From an uncultured Clostridium sp. (GTDB lineage: Bacteria > Bacillota > Clostridia > TANB77 > CAG-508): DNA of 64,000 bases. Shown here one piece after another: positions 55,676 to 62,083 of this stretch. The stretch covers positions 1,793-65,792 of the forward strand of contig CAMMLJ010000004.1 of the NCBI GenBank assembly GCA_946497695.1. The letters run 5' to 3'. The notes under the pieces were generated by a model. It was not told where the DNA came from. It was given only the letters and a program-made list of their open reading frames with translations, and did no database searches. Both the position numbers and the translations under genes were made by a program. Each line of letters starts with the position of its first letter. Position 1 is the first letter of the stretch.

Positions 55676-55708
55676 GAAAATAAGGCAGGAACTCCCTGCC
55701 TTATTTTC
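55676..55708. terminator. bidirectional terminator
   Basis: GAAAATAAGGCAGG / CCTGCCTTATTTTC 14-bp perfect stem, loop AACTC. Confidence 0.85.
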
Positions 55709-55729
55709 TACTATTTATTAATAATATAG

Positions 55730-56314
55730 TTAATTTATATATTTTTCGATTTCATTCCAAACGTTTTCTGTATAAATTCTTCTTTCAGAAGAAAATGGTA
55801 AAGTAGTAATATCGCCAATAGGATTTAAAGCTTTCTGAATTTCTTGTGTAGCAGCATCAACTTTAGTAACTGCAATTTTATCAGCTTTATTTGCGATAAT
55901 GATAAATGGAATTTTACTACTTATAATATAATTATACATTAACTTATCATTTTCTGTTGGTTTATGTCTTATATCAACTAAAAATATAATTAAAGCAATT
56001 TGTTTCCTTCTATGAAGGTATTCTTCAATAAAATTTCCAACTATTACTTGTTCTTTTTTAGACATTTTACTATAACCATAGCCAGGTAAATCGACAAAAT
56101 AAAATTTAGAATCTATATTGTAAAAATTTATTTGTCTAGTTTTACCAGGTTCACTACTGGTTTTGGCTAGTTTTTTTCTATTAATTAAAGTATTTATAAA
56201 TGAAGATTTACCAACATTAGATTTACCAACTAATACAACCTCTGGGAAATTAGTTGAAGGATATTGTTTAGGTCCAACTGCGGAAATCTCAAATTTTGGT
56301 TCTTTTACTATCAT
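55730..56314 (-). CDS. engB: ribosome-biogenesis GTPase YsxC/EngB
   Basis: 194 aa; GKSNVGKSSFIN (G1), DLPGYG (G3), NKADK (G4). Confidence 0.9.
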   Translation of the reverse strand: MIVKEPKFEISAVGPKQYPSTNFPEVVLVGKSNVGKSSFINTLINRKKLAKTSSEPGKTRQINFYNIDSKFYFVDLPGYGYSKMSKKEQVIVGNFIEEYLHRRKQIALIIFLVDIRHKPTENDKLMYNYIISSKIPFIIIANKADKIAVTKVDAATQEIQKALNPIGDITTLPFSSERRIYTENVWNEIEKYIN

Positions 56315-56462
56315 AAAAAATTCTCCTTATTATTAATATTGTTATATTTTAACATAAAATTAGCAGATTTACAATGACAAAAAAATAAGGGATTATCAAA
56401 AATTAATATTATTGAAAAATTTTTTCTTATATGATATTTTATAAAAAAGGAGTGAGGAGAAT

Positions 56463-56813
56463 ATGGATAAAACTGATAGAGAATTATTAAAAGATGCATT
56501 AGAATTAAAAGTTCAAATAAGAAATTTATCTAGTGAAGAACAAAAAGAAATATTACTTAATAAGATATCAGAAATAAGGGAATGTCTTCAAAAAATTTCA
56601 TTAGCTTTTGAGCCTTATGAATTAACTAGTAGACAAAAAGAAGTAGAAAGTTTAGCGTTAATAGAAGATAAGGACATAGCAGATACATATTGGGAAATAT
56701 ATGATTTTATTGATGATTATGATGATTCAAAAAACGGAAGAGTGCATATTGAAGAAGTAGAGGAATTAGAGAAAATGCTAAATAATTTAGAGCAAAAGTG
56801 CAAAAGAAACTAA
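56463..56813 (+). CDS. hypothetical acidic protein
   Basis: 116-aa ORF after GGAGTGAGGAG; no motif recognised. Confidence 0.5.
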   Translation: MDKTDRELLKDALELKVQIRNLSSEEQKEILLNKISEIRECLQKISLAFEPYELTSRQKEVESLALIEDKDIADTYWEIYDFIDDYDDSKNGRVHIEEVEELEKMLNNLEQKCKRN

Positions 56814-56836
56814 GAAAAATAATATAGGAGAAAATT

Positions 56837-57421
56837 GTGAAAATATTAATAATAACAGATTGTCATCATTTATTACCGGAAGAAGCAGAAAAATTAGCAG
56901 ACTTAGAATATGATGTATGTTTTTTTCTTGGAGATATAAGTGGAAAATATATCGATATGCTTTTGATGTATTTAGATAAGGATAAAGTTTATGGGATACT
57001 AGGAAATCATGATGAATTTGGTGTATTGGAAGCAAGAAATATTCCTAATATACATTGTAAGTTAATAGAAATAAATGGTACTAGTTTTTTAGGATTTGAG
57101 GGAAGTAATAGATATAAACGTGGAGAATTTCCGATGTTTACACAAAAAGAAGCAAGGAAATTATTAATGAAATGCCCTAAAGCAGATATTTTACTGTCAC
57201 ATGATTCTCCATATAAATTATATTCTGATGGAAAAGATTTAGCACATTGTGGATTAAAAGCTATATCTAAATATATAAAAAAGTATAAACCTATTTTTAA
57301 TATACACGGACATCAACATATAAATTCGAAAAAAATTTTAAACAATAAAACAAATGTTATAAGTGTATATAGGGCAAGTATTATAGATATTAAAACAAAA
57401 GAGATAACTTTTATATTTTAA
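56837..57421 (+). CDS. metallophosphoesterase (calcineurin-like)
   Basis: GTG start; ITDCHH, GDISG, GNHD, HGHQH motif order. Confidence 0.8.
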   Translation: MKILIITDCHHLLPEEAEKLADLEYDVCFFLGDISGKYIDMLLMYLDKDKVYGILGNHDEFGVLEARNIPNIHCKLIEINGTSFLGFEGSNRYKRGEFPMFTQKEARKLLMKCPKADILLSHDSPYKLYSDGKDLAHCGLKAISKYIKKYKPIFNIHGHQHINSKKILNNKTNVISVYRASIIDIKTKEITFIF

Positions 57422-57440
57422 ATAATTAAATATAAATAAC

Positions 57441-57475
57441 AAAACCAAGAAAATTTTTATAAATTTCTTGGTTTT
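57441..57475 (+). terminator. intrinsic terminator
   Basis: AAAACCAAGAA / TTCTTGGTTTT stem with T-run. Confidence 0.7.
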
Positions 57476-57486
57476 GATTTTTCAAA

Positions 57487-57517
57487 TAGGGATTTAAGGA
57501 ACGTCCCCCAATCCCTA
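57487..57517 (-). repeat. REP-like hairpin unit (locus N)
   Basis: TAGGGATTTAAGGAACGTCCCCCAATCCCTA, 5 nt from the serS stop codon. Confidence 0.9.
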
Positions 57518-57521
57518 TTTT

Positions 57522-58805
57522 CTATTTCACTGTGATTTTTTCCAAACCACCCATATATGGTATTAATACTTCTGGAATAATTACACTTCCATCTGGTTGA
57601 TAGTTATTTTCTATAATAGAAATTAGCATACGTGGTGGAGCTACAACAGTGTTGTTTAAAGTATGTGCAAAATAATTTCCTTTTTCACCTTTTATTCTAA
57701 TTCCTAATCTACGAGCTTGTGCATCTGTTAAGTTAGAACAGCTTCCAACTTCAAAATATTTCTTTTGTCTTGGACTCCAAGCTTCTACATCACAAGATTT
57801 AGCTTTTAAGTCTGCTAAGTCACCACTACAACATTCTAAGGTTCTTACTGGAATATTCATACTTCTAAAGAATTCTACTGTATATGACCACATTTTATTA
57901 TACCAATCCCAAGAATCTTCTGGTTCGCATACAACAATCATTTCTTGTTTTTCAAATTGATGAATTCTATATACACCACGTTCTTCTAATCCATGTGCAC
58001 CTTTTTCTTTCCTAAAACAAGGAGAATATGATGTCATTGTATATGGCATATCTTCTTTCTTTAAAATTTGACCTTTAAATTTACCTATCATAGAATGTTC
58101 ACTTGTACCAATTAAGTATAAATCTTCACCTTCGATTTTGTACATCATTGCATCCATTTCTTCAAAGCTCATAACACCTGTTACTACATCGCTTCTTATC
58201 ATATAAGGTGGGATACAATAAGTAAAACCTTTATTAATCATAAAATCTCTTGCATATGTTAAAACAGCAGAATGTAATCTTGCAACATCTCCCATTAGAT
58301 AATAGAAACCTTGTCCTGCAACACGTCTAGCACTATCTAAATCTAATCCACCTAAAGCTTCTAAAATTTCACCATGGAATGGAATTTCATAAGCTGGAAC
58401 TATAGGTTCACCGAATCTTTCGATTTCTACATTTTCGCTATCATCTTTTCCAATTGGAACAGATTCATGCATAATATTTGGTATTTTCATCATTCTAGCT
58501 TTAATTTCTTCTGCATATTTGTTTTCTAATACTTCATTTTCTTCTAGTTTATTATTGATTTCTTGAACTTCTGCTTTAATCTTTTCTGCTTCATCTTTTT
58601 GACCATTTCTCATTAAATTTCCAATTTCTGCACTTAGTGTTTTTCTTCTATTTCTTAATTCATCACCAGCAAGTGTAGCTTCTCTAGATTTTTTATCTAA
58701 AGCTATAACTTCATCAACTAAAACTAGTTTTTCATCTTGAAATTTTTTCTTTATATTTTCCTTAACAATGTCAGGATTTTCTCTTAAAAATTTAATATCT
58801 ATCAT
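57522..58805 (-). CDS. serS: serine--tRNA ligase
   Basis: 427 aa; N-terminal coiled-coil arm, class II motifs (GTSEH, FRKE, YQPDGSVIIPEVL). Confidence 0.95.
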   Translation of the reverse strand: MIDIKFLRENPDIVKENIKKKFQDEKLVLVDEVIALDKKSREATLAGDELRNRRKTLSAEIGNLMRNGQKDEAEKIKAEVQEINNKLEENEVLENKYAEEIKARMMKIPNIMHESVPIGKDDSENVEIERFGEPIVPAYEIPFHGEILEALGGLDLDSARRVAGQGFYYLMGDVARLHSAVLTYARDFMINKGFTYCIPPYMIRSDVVTGVMSFEEMDAMMYKIEGEDLYLIGTSEHSMIGKFKGQILKKEDMPYTMTSYSPCFRKEKGAHGLEERGVYRIHQFEKQEMIVVCEPEDSWDWYNKMWSYTVEFFRSMNIPVRTLECCSGDLADLKAKSCDVEAWSPRQKKYFEVGSCSNLTDAQARRLGIRIKGEKGNYFAHTLNNTVVAPPRMLISIIENNYQPDGSVIIPEVLIPYMGGLEKITVK

Positions 58806-58874
58806 AGTTATTCCTCCTAATTATTTTTTAGTTCGAAGAATAGTTTTACTAGTTAAAATTATTTTAACAATTGA

Positions 58875-59111
58875 TTAATCTATTTTTTCAAACCTATGTT
58901 TTTGTCCAGTAATGTTGTCTGGTCTTTCAGGAATTTCTTCTAAAAACATTTTTTCAGGTCTAACCCAAATATAATTTCCATCTTCTCTTGGATATAAAGG
59001 TTTATATACAACCATTCTTTCTTTAGTTTCCGAATCACAAGCCACATTTTCTACAAAATAATAATTGCCTTTAAAATGACGATAAACTTTTCCAATTTCT
59101 ACATGGTTCAT
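58875..59111 (-). CDS. DUF1653-family protein
   Basis: 78 aa; YRHFKGNYYFV...ETKERMVVYKPLY...WVRPEKMF. Confidence 0.7.
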   Translation of the reverse strand: MNHVEIGKVYRHFKGNYYFVENVACDSETKERMVVYKPLYPREDGNYIWVRPEKMFLEEIPERPDNITGQKHRFEKID

Positions 59112-59180
59112 AAAAATACCTCCATTACATAAAATATATTCTAATAAATTGGACTAAAACAAGTACAATTTAATTTAGAC

Positions 59181-59420
59181 AAACAAAAATCGTCCTTATA
59201 TAAATATATAAGGACGAATATAATCCGCGGTGCCACCTTAAGTTATTATAAAAATAATACACTCAATTAGTAGGGTAACCGCCTAACTTACGGTTTAGTT
59301 TTCACTAAAAACATCTAAGAGTAGATTCACATATAAATTTTATTTACTTACACCACCCGTAAACTCTCTTAAAAAATTAAATATGTTACTATTCTCTTAT
59401 CAAACGTTTATATTAATATG
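59181..59420 (-). ncRNA. T-box leader (candidate Ser/UCU specifier) controlling DUF1653-serS
   Basis: Minus strand shows stem I AGAGA/GGTGGTG elements and GAA-TCT-A in the specifier position (UCU = 59323-59325). T-box AACTTAAGGTGGCACCGCGG (59225-59244). Terminator TCGTCCTTATATA/TATATAAGGACGA plus T-run. Confidence 0.75.
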
Positions 59421-59426
59421 TAACAC

Positions 59427-59455
59427 ATTTTAACATAATATGTATAAATATTCAA
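59427..59455 (-). promoter_or_regulatory. sigma-A type promoter of the T-box leader
   Basis: Minus strand reads TTGAAT, 17 nt, TG-extended TAAAAT. Confidence 0.55.
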
Positions 59456-59492
59456 TAAAAATTGTAAAAATTATTATATGAATTTGATAAGA

Positions 59493-59541
59493 GGGTTTTG
59501 GAACGTGCCATAGGGATTTGGGGACGTTGTTTAAATCCCTA
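59493..59541 (+). repeat. REP-like cluster (locus O): degenerate unit plus hairpin unit
   Basis: GGGTTTTGGAACGTGCC then TAGGGATTTGGGGACGTTGTTTAAATCCCTA. Confidence 0.85.
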
Positions 59542-59549
59542 TTTGATAC

Positions 59550-59578
59550 TTGGAAAGTTATGTTAAGTATGGTATAAT
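59550..59578 (+). promoter_or_regulatory. sigma-A type promoter of the two-gene orphan cassette
   Basis: TTGGAA, 17 nt, TG-extended TATAAT. Confidence 0.5.
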
Positions 59579-59616
59579 TAAGTGCAGAAAAAATTTTTAG
59601 AAGGAGGCTCAAAAGA

Positions 59617-59970
59617 ATGAGAGAGTTTAACAAAAAGAATAGCGAAAAGCTATTCTTGCTGAGGGTATGCTTACCTACAGTATATGAGGAAATTGGAGAT
59701 GAAGGAGTCGAGGCAGTCGAACAAGGCTGGGCGAAGGAACAAGATTATAAATTTATCAATGGTCTTGTTCAAAAGTATGTAGTCCAAGCTACAGAAGAGT
59801 TGCTTTATTTTGAGGGAAGTATGCAGGAGAAGATGGCATTAATCAGAACATTCAACTACTTCTTATATGCGTATGTTGAGAGAAAAAATTCAAAAACGCT
59901 GGAAGAACTTGAAGCAATTATTAAAGAATACTATGTAAATGTTAAAGATTCAGTCAAATTAGGAGGTTAA
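59617..59970 (+). CDS. hypothetical protein (117 aa), compositionally atypical
   Basis: RBS GAAGGAGG. Higher G+C than flanks. Its last codons (TTAGGAGGTTAA) provide the RBS of the next ORF. Confidence 0.6.
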   Translation: MREFNKKNSEKLFLLRVCLPTVYEEIGDEGVEAVEQGWAKEQDYKFINGLVQKYVVQATEELLYFEGSMQEKMALIRTFNYFLYAYVERKNSKTLEELEAIIKEYYVNVKDSVKLGG

Positions 59971-60558
59971 ATGCATATGTTTTTTAAAGACAGATTTGAC
60001 AAAATGACCCGCAAAGACTTGGAAGAAGAAATCCGTGTGTATAAGGATTTCTCCAAGTATACTCGGAAAGAGTTGGAGAAGGAATTAAGAGTTCTTCTTC
60101 CATATATTAATCTGAACGAATTTTCTGATCAGGAGTTGGAATATTTGTTAAGAAGCAATTATACTTTTTCTGAGTATAGCACAGATGAGCTTCGGGAAGA
60201 AGCAAGGAGACATGAACGCTTCGAAGAGTGGACCAGAGAAGAGCTCGAAGAAGATTATGAACAGTTAGAGAAAACTGAAGCAAACGTTGAAAAGTACAAG
60301 AATATAAGATGGATTCTTATAGCAGTGCTCTGTGCTTTTTTAGGATACTACTATGGAAGCATGAATACAAAGCTTGAATATCTCGAACAGAGGACCGAGC
60401 AACTTCAGCAGGAGCTTACTGTGATGGAACAGGAAAATAATCTGTTGGAAGACAAAGTTGATACTTTGTCAGATATAATAGATTTGATAATAATCTATAT
60501 AGCGTCTGATAATGTCGCACCTGGAGAAAACCCTGGAACATCAGCACAAATCATCTGA
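59971..60558 (+). CDS. hypothetical bitopic membrane protein (195 aa): five [YFW]-[ST]-x-x-E-L repeats, one TM helix, coiled coil
   Basis: Translationally coupled to the previous ORF (start 59971 or 59977). Repeats TRKDLEEE / TRKELEKE / SDQELEYL / STDELREE / TREELEED. TM IRWILIAVLCAFLGYYYGSM. Heptad-like LEYLEQRTEQLQQELTVMEQENNLLEDKV. TGA stop. Confidence 0.6.
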   Translation: MHMFFKDRFDKMTRKDLEEEIRVYKDFSKYTRKELEKELRVLLPYINLNEFSDQELEYLLRSNYTFSEYSTDELREEARRHERFEEWTREELEEDYEQLEKTEANVEKYKNIRWILIAVLCAFLGYYYGSMNTKLEYLEQRTEQLQQELTVMEQENNLLEDKVDTLSDIIDLIIIYIASDNVAPGENPGTSAQII

Positions 60559-60580
60559 AAACCAAAACTTCACATTTTTT

Positions 60581-60612
60581 CCCTTGGCGAAAGCCAGGGG
60601 TATTTCCTTTTT
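60581..60612 (+). terminator. intrinsic terminator after the cassette
   Basis: CCCTTGGC / GCCAGGGG stem, GAAA loop, T-rich tail. Confidence 0.6.
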
Positions 60613-60636
60613 ATAAAATAAAAAATTCATAAAAAA

Positions 60637-60650
60637 CGAAATTTTGTTTG
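60637..60650 (+). promoter_or_regulatory. candidate LexA operator (SOS box) overlapping the lexA -35
   Basis: CGAAATTTTGTTTG versus the Firmicute consensus CGAAC-N4-GTTCG (12 of 14; the GAAC..GTTT form is reported for clostridia). Confidence 0.5.
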
Positions 60651-60676
60651 ACAAACAAAAAATCATATGATAGTAT
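60648..60676 (+). promoter_or_regulatory. sigma-A type promoter of lexA
   Basis: TTGACA, 17 nt, TG-extended TAGTAT. Confidence 0.6.
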
Positions 60677-60705
60677 GTAAAAAAATAAAGTGGAGGCGTT
60701 AATAA

Positions 60706-61347
60706 GTGAAAAAAGATAAAAGCGATTTAAATAAAAGAGAAGTTGCAATTTTAAATTTTATATCAAAACAAATAAAAGTAAATCAATATCCACCATCAGT
60801 AAGAGAAATTTGTAAAGCAGTAGGATTAAATTCAACAGCAACAGTACATGGATATCTAGAAAAATTAGAACAAAAAGGATATATTAGAAAAGAATCACAA
60901 AAAGGTAGAGCTTTAAAAATTGTTAACGAAGATGATGTTATAAGAAAACCAAAAGATGTATATTCTGGAAAAGAATTAGTAGATGTACCAGTAGTAGGTA
61001 AAATAACTGCAGGTGCTCCAATTTTAGCAGTAGAAAATATAACAGATACTTTTCCAATTCCTTTAGACTTTGTTGGAAATTCAGAAAGTTTTATGCTAAC
61101 AGTAAGAGGAGAAAGTATGATAGAAGCAGGTATTTTAGATGGAGACTATATATTAGTAAAACAACAAAATACTGCAGAAAATGGCGAAATTGTTGTAGCT
61201 TTAATAGATGATGAAGCAACAGTAAAAACATTCTATAAAGAAAAAGATTATATAAGATTACAACCAGAAAATCGTACAATGGCACCAATAATAGTTCCAG
61301 ATTGTAAAATACTTGGTAAAGTTGCAGGCGTATTTAGAAAAATGTAG
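60706..61347 (+). CDS. lexA: SOS repressor LexA
   Basis: GTG start after GGAGG; wHTH N-domain ([32 protein letters not shown]), AG cleavage site (ITAGAP), S24 Ser/Lys (RGESM ... VKTF). Confidence 0.95.
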   Translation: MKKDKSDLNKREVAILNFISKQIKVNQYPPSVREICKAVGLNSTATVHGYLEKLEQKGYIRKESQKGRALKIVNEDDVIRKPKDVYSGKELVDVPVVGKITAGAPILAVENITDTFPIPLDFVGNSESFMLTVRGESMIEAGILDGDYILVKQQNTAENGEIVVALIDDEATVKTFYKEKDYIRLQPENRTMAPIIVPDCKILGKVAGVFRKM

Positions 61348-61394
61348 TATAAAATAAAAGAATAAAGTCATAATATATTTTAGGTGAATATATT

Positions 61395-61565
61395 ATGAAA
61401 AAAGATAAAGAAGTTAATGACATAGATGTTGGTGAAGATGTAAGCAGAAATGGTGAATTTATACCAACAAGATTTGCGTGGATAAGTTTAGGATATCAAA
61501 AAGAAAATGCAAAAAGATTACAAAATATAACACGTAAAAAAGATAAAGAAAAAAATAAATATTAA
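61395..61565 (+). CDS. possible small ORF (56 aa), hypothetical
   Basis: AGGTGA RBS-like 8 nt upstream; K/E-rich; not in the ORF track (<60 aa). Confidence 0.3.
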   Translation: MKKDKEVNDIDVGEDVSRNGEFIPTRFAWISLGYQKENAKRLQNITRKKDKEKNKY

Positions 61566-61717
61566 AAAAGAAAATGTGGTTTTATTTGCTATGCAAATTG
61601 GAATTGTGATATAAAATGATAAATTTTAAACACAATTTAATAAATCCACATTTTTTACTTGAAAGAACTTACAAAGAATGATAAAATAAAAAATGTCAGA
61701 AAAGGAGGTTAGTAAGT

Positions 61718-62059
61718 ATGGATGGGAAAAGTAAGGAAATCTATTCAGAACTTAGTGCTTTTTTGGATAGTATAGATGAAGAAAGAAGAAATAAAATACC
61801 ACAAGACTTAAGAGAGTTAATAAATAGTAAAAAAGATGATAATTATACACCTAAATATCCAAAAGGAACTCCTTTAGAAAAGTTAAAAATGAAAAAAGAA
61901 ACAAAGGATATGATAAATTTATTAAATTTTAATTATTGGTGTGAAAATGAAAAGCAAAGAAAAGAATTAATGGAACAAATAGCAAATGGCAAGAAAAATG
62001 AAGGTGCGAAAGTTAACGCTTTCGATAAACTAAAAAATATATTTAAAAAGAAAAGCTAA
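61718..62059 (+). CDS. hypothetical protein (113 aa)
   Basis: RBS AAAGGAGG; K/E-rich; no motif recognised with confidence. Confidence 0.55.
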   Translation: MDGKSKEIYSELSAFLDSIDEERRNKIPQDLRELINSKKDDNYTPKYPKGTPLEKLKMKKETKDMINLLNFNYWCENEKQRKELMEQIANGKKNEGAKVNAFDKLKNIFKKKS

Positions 62060-62083
62060 AAGCTTTTCTTTTTAAATAAAAAA

